DNA of 50,730 bases, taken from assembly GCA_002427475.1 (NCBI GenBank), contig DIRG01000053.1, positions 1 to 50,730 of the forward strand. The letters are read 5' to 3'. Below the pieces are notes generated by a model. The model made no database searches and was not told the origin of the DNA. It worked only from the letters and a program-made list of their open reading frames with translations. The translations under genes were made by a program, and so were the position numbers. Of this stretch, positions 36,449-44,410 are shown piece by piece; the stretch's first letter is position 1, and each line of letters starts with the position of its first letter. This DNA is from Mageeibacillus sp. UBA5442. GTDB lineage: Bacteria; Bacillota; Clostridia; Saccharofermentanales; DTU023.

Positions 36449-37293
36449 GCTTCCTCTTCCTTGACAATGTCGATTCTCCAGGCATCTCCGACGCCAATCG
36501 AATAATGATGAGCAAAGTTATTTTGGTTAATAGCCAATCCCATAAAACCGGTGCTGCTGTTATACATGATCTCCTCACCTACTTCGGTGAAACCGAAGGC
36601 GCGGTGATACAATACGCATTTATCAAATTTTGTCTGATTATTCCATGTAATTGTTGCTCTAACTACATCACCGTGGGCAATGCCTGTCTTTTCAAAATCT
36701 TCAATGCGGATATTGGTCTCGAGATTACCGAAAGTATCCATAATGTCAGTAATATAGCCATGCGCTTGGTTTTGACTTACATCGGCACAGGGAATGTCAA
36801 AGGTAACAATATCTGACACGGGATAGGCAGGACCGACCTCTTCATATGTGATGACGCCGGCGGCCAAACGTGCCGCGCAGTATGCGAATAAATCTCGACC
36901 GTGAAAAATACTCGTCTTTTCCGTTCCTTTATAGCGATTTGTCTGCTCATCAATTTCTCTGATTTCATCGATGCCGAACTCATGCAGCAAATGCGTCAGG
37001 CTACCATTGTCGGGGGTGACAATGTAATAGCCATTCGATGTTTTGGCAATACTTGCTTTCCTCTCAGTACCGACACCGGGATCAACTACTGAAACAAATA
37101 TTGTCCCCTGAGGCCAAAACGGCATTACTCCACGCAAAGAGGACGAGGCTTTCTGAACATTAAACTGCGGGATTGTGTGTGTGATTTCGTATACGTCCAG
37201 CGACAAATCTACTTGCTTGCAGACTCCAAACATTGCTCCGCCGCCACCGACACCAAAGTCAGTTTGCATGACAACACAGGGCTTCATCTCCAT
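36445..37293 (-). CDS. DUF62-family SAM hydroxide adenosyltransferase-like paralog 4
   Basis: It has QTDFG, FVSVVDPGVGTERK, TPDNGSL and FHGRDLFAYCAARLAAG. I prefer the ATG at 37293 (AAGGAG 7 nt upstream) over the track start at 37323. Confidence 0.85.
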   Translation of the reverse strand: MEMKPCVVMQTDFGVGGGGAMFGVCKQVDLSLDVYEITHTIPQFNVQKASSSLRGVMPFWPQGTIFVSVVDPGVGTERKASIAKTSNGYYIVTPDNGSLTHLLHEFGIDEIREIDEQTNRYKGTEKTSIFHGRDLFAYCAARLAAGVITYEEVGPAYPVSDIVTFDIPCADVSQNQAHGYITDIMDTFGNLETNIRIEDFEKTGIAHGDVVRATITWNNQTKFDKCVLYHRAFGFTEVGEEIMYNSSTGFMGLAINQNNFAHHYSIGVGDAWRIDIVKEEEA

Positions 37294-37319
37294 ATCTATG
37301 CACTCCTTCATATTTCTTC

Positions 37320-38174
37320 TCATTTTTCTATAAGCACTTTATATTCGCAGGCACTGTGGCCTTTTTCACTAATATCCTGAAGATACTTGGCTACAAAACT
37401 CCTCTGATTAAGCCCGAAGCCTAAGTACTCACTGGTACTGCCATTAAATAAAATCGGCTCACCTATATCTACAAAACCGAAAGAACGGTGATAAAGCACT
37501 GTTTCATCGAAGATAATTTCCTCTTCTCTTCTTATGCGCAGGCGCACTCGGTCTCCTTCTTTGATACCTATACTCATAAACTCTGCGACGGTAATGTTGA
37601 AACTCACATTGCCAAAATGCTCTGAAGCATCGAGAATACAGCCTTCAGCTCTACCCTGTGATAAAGTCGCTCGTTTAAACTCGTAGAGGACACAGTCGGA
37701 AACTGCGTACTGCGGCCCGACCTCTTCGTAGGAAATCTGGCCGGAAGCTAGTTTAGCAGCGCAATAAGCGTAGACATCGCGACCATGAAAGGTATTCTTA
37801 TGCTCGCTACCCGGCAGCCTGTTAGTGCTCTCATCGATTTCCCGCACTTCGTCTATGTCTTCTATGAGTGCCGTCAGGCTTCCGTTGTCCGGAGTTACCA
37901 CATAAGAACCGTTCTTAAGTAAAGCAACAGCAGAACGACGCTTGGTCCCTACCCCTGGATCTACGACAGAGACAAAAACCGTAGCCGCAGGCCAATAAGG
38001 GATTGTTGCCCGCAGCAATTCTGAAGCCTGCCTTACGTCATATTGACGAACGTTGTGATTCAAGTCGAACACTCCCAGGGATCGATCAACTAGCTTAATA
38101 ACGCCGTACATAGCGGCTACGTAACCGGTAGAAAGACTGAAGTCTGTCTGTAAGACGATAAAGGGTTTACTCAT
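37320..38174 (-). CDS. DUF62-family SAM hydroxide adenosyltransferase-like paralog 3
   Basis: It has QTDFS (Ser instead of Gly), FVSVVDPGVGTKRR, TPDNGSL and FHGRDVYAYCAAKLASG. 8-nt overlap with paralog 2. Confidence 0.85.
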   Translation of the reverse strand: MSKPFIVLQTDFSLSTGYVAAMYGVIKLVDRSLGVFDLNHNVRQYDVRQASELLRATIPYWPAATVFVSVVDPGVGTKRRSAVALLKNGSYVVTPDNGSLTALIEDIDEVREIDESTNRLPGSEHKNTFHGRDVYAYCAAKLASGQISYEEVGPQYAVSDCVLYEFKRATLSQGRAEGCILDASEHFGNVSFNITVAEFMSIGIKEGDRVRLRIRREEEIIFDETVLYHRSFGFVDIGEPILFNGSTSEYLGFGLNQRSFVAKYLQDISEKGHSACEYKVLIEK

Positions 38175-39003
38175 CTAGCTCTCTCCTCTTTTTGATTGAA
38201 ATATTGTACTCACTATAATCGGCGGTTTCGCTCGTTATCTCAGGCAAGTATTTAGCGATAAAATTGTCTTGATTAAGAGCAATGCCCATATAGCCGCTGC
38301 TACCGTTAAAGAGAACAGCTTGTCCCTTTGCCACGTGGCCGAAAGAATCCTCATAAGTCATTGCAGCATCAAAGAGAATAGCGTCATTCCGCGACAACTC
38401 TACTTGCACGGTCTCTCCCTTTGTAAAGCCTGTCTCCTCAAAGTCGTCAGTAGAAATGTTGAGCGTAATGTTGCCGAAATTGGGCAGTATCATAGCGATG
38501 GCACCACATGCTTCTCCGGGCTTAATTTCAACTGCTGCATCTTTGTAATTAACTAGATTCTGCGGCTCTACGAGCTGCCCGAGATCAGCCAGCATCGTCC
38601 CTCTATTGGCTAAGCCGGCAGCGAAATGAGCATAAGCCGCCAGCTCAGTATCAAAATCGGAGAGGTCGAGACGCACAGCCTGTGAGATTCCGAAAGTTTT
38701 CTGCACCAAAGTCAGGCTGCCATTGTCAGGCGTCAGGACGTATCTCCCATTGCTAGTCAGTACTGCGACTGCCCCGCTAGAATCAGACTGCCCAACCATA
38801 GAAACAAAGACTGTCTCCTCAGGCCAAAACGGCAATACAGAGTAAAGCATTGCAGAGGCATCGCGAACGGCAGCTTTCTTAAAACAGTGCTGAACTGAGT
38901 AGACGTCAAGCTCACAATCTGCACGCATTAGCTCTCCGGTCAAAGCAGCAGCCTTTCCGTTTTCTAGTCCAAAGTCCGTTTGCAAGACAACGGGTGCCCT
39001 CAT
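38167..39003 (-). CDS. DUF62-family paralog 2, motif-degenerate (probable non-catalytic)
   Basis: It keeps QTDFG, FWPE.TVFVS and TPDNGSL. DPGVG..R is replaced by VGQSDSSG, and the FHGRD segment is deleted. The ATG at 39003 lies 1 nt after the paralog 1 stop (TAAgATG). Confidence 0.75.
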   Translation of the reverse strand: MRAPVVLQTDFGLENGKAAALTGELMRADCELDVYSVQHCFKKAAVRDASAMLYSVLPFWPEETVFVSMVGQSDSSGAVAVLTSNGRYVLTPDNGSLTLVQKTFGISQAVRLDLSDFDTELAAYAHFAAGLANRGTMLADLGQLVEPQNLVNYKDAAVEIKPGEACGAIAMILPNFGNITLNISTDDFEETGFTKGETVQVELSRNDAILFDAAMTYEDSFGHVAKGQAVLFNGSSGYMGIALNQDNFIAKYLPEITSETADYSEYNISIKKRRELDE

Positions 39004-39004
39004 C

Positions 39005-39859
39005 TTACTCACTCTCGCTTTTGCTAATCTCCACCAGCCACTCCGGACCATAGCCCAGCTGATAGTCTGTCACGAGGTTACCTTGATTAATCGCCAGCAT
39101 AGCAGTTGCAGTCTCTGAACTAAGAAGTACCTTGTCGCCAACGGGAACAAAACTAAAGCTAGGCTCATGTGCCAATTCTTCATCAAGAATGACCTGATCA
39201 AGATGTTTGATTTTCACTTTGACGCGATCACCATAATGGATGCCGTTATCCGCCAAGTAAGTAAAAGGTATGTTAGTGCCCACAAGGCCAAAATGATTAG
39301 TAGCTTCATTAATCATGCCGCTTAGCACATTGTCCTTGACTGCGGGCTTGACATAGGAAGCCATTACAATGTCTTCAACTGGATAGGCAGAACCGACTTC
39401 TTCAAAAGTAATCACTCCGGCAGCCAGACGCGCCGCACAATAAGCATAGACATCACGGCCATGGAAGATATGGATGTGTCTTGTTTCAGGATAACGGTTG
39501 ATGCTCTCATCAATGATGCGAACCTCTTCAATACCAATTTGTTCTTTGACATAAGTAAGTGTTCCATTATCGGGCGTTACAACATAACTGCCGTTTGAAA
39601 GTTTCGCCACACAAGATCTGCGCTCCGAACCGACTCCCGGATCGACGACAGAAACAAAGACCGTGCCTGTCGGCCAGAAGGGTATGGCATAGATCAAGGC
39701 ATCAGATGCTGCCAAGACATCAAACTTCGGTATGGCATAAGTCGCATCAAAGACGTCCAGCTCGTCGCTGACGATACGACACACCCCATACATAGTGCAA
39801 ACAGAAATATTGTCTGTACCGAAATCTGTCTGCATAACCACTGCTGCTTTTTTACTCAT
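39005..39859 (-). CDS. DUF62-family SAM hydroxide adenosyltransferase-like paralog 1
   Basis: It has QTDFG, FVSVVDPGVGSERR, TPDNGTL and FHGRDVYAYCAARLAAG. The ATG at 39859 follows AAAGGA, 23 nt after the ECF T-component stop. Confidence 0.85.
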   Translation of the reverse strand: MSKKAAVVMQTDFGTDNISVCTMYGVCRIVSDELDVFDATYAIPKFDVLAASDALIYAIPFWPTGTVFVSVVDPGVGSERRSCVAKLSNGSYVVTPDNGTLTYVKEQIGIEEVRIIDESINRYPETRHIHIFHGRDVYAYCAARLAAGVITFEEVGSAYPVEDIVMASYVKPAVKDNVLSGMINEATNHFGLVGTNIPFTYLADNGIHYGDRVKVKIKHLDQVILDEELAHEPSFSFVPVGDKVLLSSETATAMLAINQGNLVTDYQLGYGPEWLVEISKSESE

Positions 39860-39882
39860 AAATATCCTTTCGCTGCTAGTTT

Positions 39883-40800
39883 TTATCTGAACCACTCCAT
39901 AAAGAACAGAGTGTCAAAAATATTAGTCTTCGTTATGTTTTCCACTTCTACGAAGGGAGCCCAAATGGTCACCGGGTAGGGATTGATTATCTTTGTATAG
40001 ATGATGTAAAAAACGATAAGTCCGGCAAAGACAAGACCTGCTTTGCGCAAAACCTTATCCAATTTAGTCAGTTCGTGTTCTGCAAACCAAGTGCGCTTTT
40101 TCAGCTTGCCGAAGCTACGTAAATCCATGGCGTTAGCAATCATCTCCACTCGGTCGAATGAGGACAAAATCAAAGGCACCAGGATTAAGCCCGTTTGTTT
40201 TAATCGTTCGCGCAGCGGAGCTTTCTTGCTCATTTCAACGCCGCGCATCTGCATACTGTTGCGTATGGCCATGAAACGGCGGGCAATGTCAGGAATTGTG
40301 CGATACGCAAGCGAAACAATGATGCAGATTCTATAAGGTAGCTTGACAAAGTTAAGACCCGCTGCAAACTCAGAAGGTGTTGTTGCCAAGACGAAAGCGA
40401 TCACGACAGTGAAGGATGCTATCCGCTTAAGGAACGTAACAAACACATACCAGAGCCACTCTTGAGTGATATAAAGCCTGTCCGTAAACTGCCACAAAAC
40501 AGTGTGAGAACCCACATGTGTCAGGCCGGCATCGGGCGAGAAGAAAAAGAGCATAATATTGCCGATAATGCCGACGGTGAAAAACATGAAGCCAAATAGG
40601 AACAGCAGTGGCTTGTAGTTTGGCCTCATTGAAATAATGGCCGCCAAGGGAAAGACCATTAAAGGGATGATAATGCGAATATCGAAGGTCGCTATAATAG
40701 CGAGAGTAAAAAGCAGGAAAAGAACTACTTTTGTTCCTCCGGTAAGCTTATGTACCGGAGTGGAGCCGGGAATGAAATTAATTACAAATTTATTATTCAT
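39883..40800 (-). CDS. ECF transporter transmembrane (T) component (CbiQ/EcfT family)
   Basis: 305 aa polytopic protein. The Ala-Arg-Gly-like coupling helices read AIRNSMQMRG and ANAMDLRSFG. ATGA overlap with the ATPase gene. Confidence 0.85.
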   Translation of the reverse strand: MNNKFVINFIPGSTPVHKLTGGTKVVLFLLFTLAIIATFDIRIIIPLMVFPLAAIISMRPNYKPLLFLFGFMFFTVGIIGNIMLFFFSPDAGLTHVGSHTVLWQFTDRLYITQEWLWYVFVTFLKRIASFTVVIAFVLATTPSEFAAGLNFVKLPYRICIIVSLAYRTIPDIARRFMAIRNSMQMRGVEMSKKAPLRERLKQTGLILVPLILSSFDRVEMIANAMDLRSFGKLKKRTWFAEHELTKLDKVLRKAGLVFAGLIVFYIIYTKIINPYPVTIWAPFVEVENITKTNIFDTLFFMEWFR

Positions 40801-42521
40801 TGTCTCAGCCTCCTCTCATTCGCAATGAAGCCCGAAACAACTGTTTCCGCCTGAAGTCCAATCTGTGCTGCCAGTGAATAAAGTGAGGGCTTAATCAAAT
40901 TAGCCTGTTCAATAACGGAATCGTCCGAGAAAATCTTAAACACCTCTTCGTCAGCAATAAGTTGGCCGTCAGAAAATACAACACAGCGTTCAGTGTGCTC
41001 TAAAGCTAAGTACATATCATGTGTTATCAAAACGATTGTCTTGCCGTGTTCTTTGTTCAAGACATCGACAAATTGCATAATCTCTGTATAGTTACGATAG
41101 TCCTGCCCTGCCGTCGGTTCATCCATAATAATGACATCAGGCATTAAGACTAAAATAGATGCTACGGTAATCCTTTTCTTTTGCCCGTAGCTGACAGCAT
41201 CCACCGGCCAATTGCGCATAGGATATAGATTACAAGCATTTAAAGCCGCAGTGGCTCGCTCCTGTATCTCGGAGGTAGGAAGATCACGCAGAGTCAAAGC
41301 CAGCTCGACTTCGTCTTTTGTATTGTCTTTGATTATCATCTGATTCGGGTTTTGCATTACATACCCGATTCGCTCACCTATCTCACGGATAGACAGATCA
41401 GAACAATCCTCCTCGTTAATATGAATCTTGCCTTCATTAGGCCTGATCACACCACAGATCAGCTTAGCTAAAGTTGACTTTCCCGCTCCGTTCTTACCCA
41501 CAATTGAAATGCGCTCGCCTTTTTCAATAGTTAAAGAAACATCTTCTAGGACGTTTTCTTTTTCGTAAGCGAAATCAACATTCTCCACGCTCAAAATCTC
41601 AGAAGATTGAGTTCTTTCTGTTTTCCGTTGAATCTTGGAGAAAAACGCTCTTAACTGATCCTTCTGCTTCTCTGATAGATGAAGCTCTGAAACATCATCC
41701 AGTATTTGTCCCGGTTCAAACTCACAGCCTGCACGCTTCATTGCAGTAATATACAAGGGTTCCCGAATACCATATTTCTCTAAAAGGTCGGTACGAAGCA
41801 ATTCATCCGGCTCCATATCCGCAACAATTCTGCCCTCATCCATCAGGATGATACGATCAAGATTACAGTGCAAAACATCTTCTAGACGATGCTCGATGAT
41901 TAAGATGGTTCGTTTTCCTTCTTGATTTAAATTATCAATGAGCTCTACAGCAGACTTACTTGTTCTTGGATCTAAGGCAGCTAGCGGTTCGTCAAAGATC
42001 ATGATATTGACATCATTGCCTAAGACACCCGCTATCGCCACCTTTTGCTTTTGGCCGCCCGACAAGTCGAACGGCACAGCTTTTATGAAATCAGCCATGC
42101 CGACAGTTGCAGCGTGCTCTTGCACGAGGGGTAACATTTCTTCTCTGGGCATGGCGATGTTTTCCATAGCAAAGGCTATATCCTCTCCCACGGAAAGACC
42201 TACAAATTGTGCGTCGCTATCCTGCAACACTGTACCTACATTTTGACTCAATTCAAAAATTGACAGTTCCTGTGTATCTTGTCCTTTGACACGTACACTT
42301 CCAGTGATAGTACCTTCGTACGAGAAAGGGATCAGCCCGTTGATGCAGTTTGCAAGAGTAGACTTGCCACTCCCTGAGCCGCCCAAAATCAAAACCTTTT
42401 CACCGGTAGCTATTTGCAAATTAATGTCATAAAGAGTGGGTTTTTGCTGTGATTTATATTGAAACCCAAAATTTACAAACTCAATTACTGCGTTATCCAA
42501 CAAAACCCTCCCCTTATGCAA
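40797..42521 (-). CDS. ECF transporter fused double ATPase (A1-A2, YkoD-like architecture)
   Basis: It has two NBDs: GGSGSGKST/LSGGQKQK/MIFDEP and GKNGAGKST/VSYGQKKR/IIMDEPT. The track start is a TTG. The real start is probably the TTG at 42503 or 42500, just after AAGGGGAGG. Confidence 0.9.
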   Translation of the reverse strand: MHKGRVLLDNAVIEFVNFGFQYKSQQKPTLYDINLQIATGEKVLILGGSGSGKSTLANCINGLIPFSYEGTITGSVRVKGQDTQELSIFELSQNVGTVLQDSDAQFVGLSVGEDIAFAMENIAMPREEMLPLVQEHAATVGMADFIKAVPFDLSGGQKQKVAIAGVLGNDVNIMIFDEPLAALDPRTSKSAVELIDNLNQEGKRTILIIEHRLEDVLHCNLDRIILMDEGRIVADMEPDELLRTDLLEKYGIREPLYITAMKRAGCEFEPGQILDDVSELHLSEKQKDQLRAFFSKIQRKTERTQSSEILSVENVDFAYEKENVLEDVSLTIEKGERISIVGKNGAGKSTLAKLICGVIRPNEGKIHINEEDCSDLSIREIGERIGYVMQNPNQMIIKDNTKDEVELALTLRDLPTSEIQERATAALNACNLYPMRNWPVDAVSYGQKKRITVASILVLMPDVIIMDEPTAGQDYRNYTEIMQFVDVLNKEHGKTIVLITHDMYLALEHTERCVVFSDGQLIADEEVFKIFSDDSVIEQANLIKPSLYSLAAQIGLQAETVVSGFIANERRLRQ

Positions 42522-42570
42522 TAGGACATAATAGAAACTATCATTACTGCCTCTGTCTATTCAATCTTAC

Positions 42571-43164
42571 TTAGTATTCTTCACTCATATCTTCAGTTAA
42601 ATTAGTCTTCGCAGCGTAACGCTTCGCTAAGAGCAAGAGTAGCGGAATGCCAACGACAATCAGAACCAGCGAGTTGCCGGCTGATGCGAAGAGTGCCTGT
42701 AGCAAGGTCACATTCAGGTCAGCTGCATAGAAAAAGTGCGAGAGAACCGGAGTAAGCAGTCCGAAAGCCACCACGTTTCCAACTACACAGAGCACTGAAT
42801 AAATAACAGCCTGTTTAACAGTGAAAATACCTTCTTTGATGCGAACACCGTAAAGTGGCAAAAGAGCCACGAAAAATGCCATCACACCATTTCCTATAGA
42901 CCAATCAAACCACATACCCCAGCCACCGATCAAATCGGCCAAGACATTACCGACGGCACAACTTACCACGGCCGGAAGTGTGCCAAAGAGTCCACCCACA
43001 ATAACCGGAACGATCATTGCTGCTGAAAGTTGGGTATTAGAGAAAATCGGTATGCCACCATATACCATTAGAACTCCATATAGAGCTGCACCTATAGCGA
43101 CTGCGACGATTGTTTTGGTGTTCCATTCACCGACAATCAGTTTTGATTTTTTTTCCTTTGTCAT
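42571..43164 (-). CDS. ECF transporter substrate-specific (S) component, substrate unknown
   Basis: 197 aa with about six hydrophobic helices. The N-terminus W.TK.IV..AIGAALY is typical of the ECF_trnsprt family. It is the first gene of the operon, with a GGAGA RBS. Confidence 0.7.
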   Translation of the reverse strand: MTKEKKSKLIVGEWNTKTIVAVAIGAALYGVLMVYGGIPIFSNTQLSAAMIVPVIVGGLFGTLPAVVSCAVGNVLADLIGGWGMWFDWSIGNGVMAFFVALLPLYGVRIKEGIFTVKQAVIYSVLCVVGNVVAFGLLTPVLSHFFYAADLNVTLLQALFASAGNSLVLIVVGIPLLLLLAKRYAAKTNLTEDMSEEY

Positions 43165-43270
43165 TGTTGTCTCCTTTTAACTTGTTTTACACCTGATGCC
43201 TATTTGTATAAAAATACCCCTTTTGTCTGCAAATCCTTTCGTCATTTAACTTGTTCACAAACTTGTTCAA

Positions 43271-43299
43271 AGCATAGCAATTAGTACTAAGTCTGTCAA
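43271..43299 (-). promoter_or_regulatory. Candidate sigma-A promoter of the ECF-DUF62 operon
   Basis: On the minus strand I read TTGACA (43299-43294), a 17-nt spacer and TATGCT (43276-43271). Confidence 0.45.
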
Positions 43300-43383
43300 C
43301 GTACGTCTGATCAACTTGTGAACATTAACGTGTACTGCTATGATGACAGTAGTTTAAGCCCAAATGTTCGGAGTTATCTACTT

Positions 43384-44112
43384 ATGAAAAACAATGTTTT
43401 CAGCAGCCACGTGCCTTCTTATGTAAGTATTTATAATGTACTTTACCGCGATATTATTAATAATGTCTATGTTGAAGACAGCATTCTACCAAGTGAAAAT
43501 GTGTTGGCCAAAAAATACAACGTCAGTCGCAACACTTTGCGACAAGCTTTGGATATTTTGAGTGAGGATGGCTTGATTGTAAAGTCTCAAGGCAAAGGAA
43601 CCGTAGTTGCTAAGCGTAATGTACATACACATAACAAACGAATTTTTAACCCAATGATAACTTTATGTAATGAGGAAATCAGCGATATTGAGGTTTATTA
43701 CAATTATTCAAAACCTACTGACATCGCCAAAGCTCAACTCAGCCTTATCAAGAGTGACATTGTTATTGCCAGCGATCTGGTTTACAAAGTAGGTAAAACC
43801 GTTGTCGGCTATGCCTTTGTACAGGTTCCAACCAAGATGTTTGATTTTCTTGATGTCGACGTATCGCAGAAGAGCGGTATACATGACCTGCTCAACCAAC
43901 AGATTTATGATGTAGCAGTCAGGCAAAGCCTCAGAATCCAAATGATCTCCGCAAACGAACAGGAAGCTATGTATCTGAAAGTGAAAGAGAGCACTCCGCT
44001 CTTAATGATCAAGTCAATTCTCTATCATGCCAACTACGGACCCTTTGCCCGCTGCAAATTTTATTTTATTCCAGAATGGTATAAGTTAAAGTTTACAATC
44101 TCAGCCCTTTAA
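43384..44112 (+). CDS. GntR-family (HutC subfamily, UTRA effector domain) transcriptional regulator
   Basis: It has the winged HTH LPSENVLAKKYNVSRNTLRQALDIL..DGLIVKSQGKGT.V and a UTRA-like C-terminal half. I prefer the ATG at 43384 (GGAG upstream) to the track start at 43318. It is divergent from the ECF operon. Confidence 0.85.
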   Translation: MKNNVFSSHVPSYVSIYNVLYRDIINNVYVEDSILPSENVLAKKYNVSRNTLRQALDILSEDGLIVKSQGKGTVVAKRNVHTHNKRIFNPMITLCNEEISDIEVYYNYSKPTDIAKAQLSLIKSDIVIASDLVYKVGKTVVGYAFVQVPTKMFDFLDVDVSQKSGIHDLLNQQIYDVAVRQSLRIQMISANEQEAMYLKVKESTPLLMIKSILYHANYGPFARCKFYFIPEWYKLKFTISAL

Positions 44113-44135
44113 GCAAGCATTTCCTAAGACAAAAA

Positions 44136-44177
44136 AACAGTCCCCGCAGCAGTAATAGCGGAGACTGTTATAATTTT
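44136..44177. terminator. Bidirectional terminator
   Basis: AACAGTCCCCGC (44136-44147) pairs with GCGGAGACTGTT (44158-44169) with one mismatch. The stem is flanked by AAAAAAA upstream and ATAATTTT downstream. Confidence 0.65.
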
Positions 44178-44203
44178 ACAAGATAATACAAAACAATACA
44201 ATA

Positions 44204-44410
44204 TTAATGACAATTTATTATCACAGCATTTAGCTGGTTCATCATTTCCTCAAGATCAAGCTCGTGCTTGTCGGCAATACTCTCCAGAGAATCAAATAGG
44301 TACGTGCAGAGCAAGCATGTTCCTATCTCTTCATCATAGCTACGCAAAATCTCCTCAGTCTCAGAATATTTATAGACTATATCAAGCGGGTTCATATCCT
44401 TACTAATCAT
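44204..44410 (-). CDS. DUF1858-like small protein (hybrid-cluster-associated redox disulfide type)
   Basis: 68 aa. The pattern I..I...YPET..IL...G..CL.C........LE.......D...L...LN (here CLLC) matches. 8-nt overlap with the 5'-nucleotidase stop. Confidence 0.5.
   Translation of the reverse strand: MISKDMNPLDIVYKYSETEEILRSYDEEIGTCLLCTYLFDSLESIADKHELDLEEMMNQLNAVIINCH

Noticed and set aside
43165-43270. Possible TPP, SAM or SMK-type riboswitch in the ECF operon leader (it contains CGAAAGGAT and AAAAGGGG strings reminiscent of SMK boxes)
   Set aside because: The leader is only about 100 nt. The G-rich string is not the actual Shine-Dalgarno (AAAGGAGA lies about 40 nt further on). I could not build the required ASD-SD pairing or find TPP/SAM-I core motifs.
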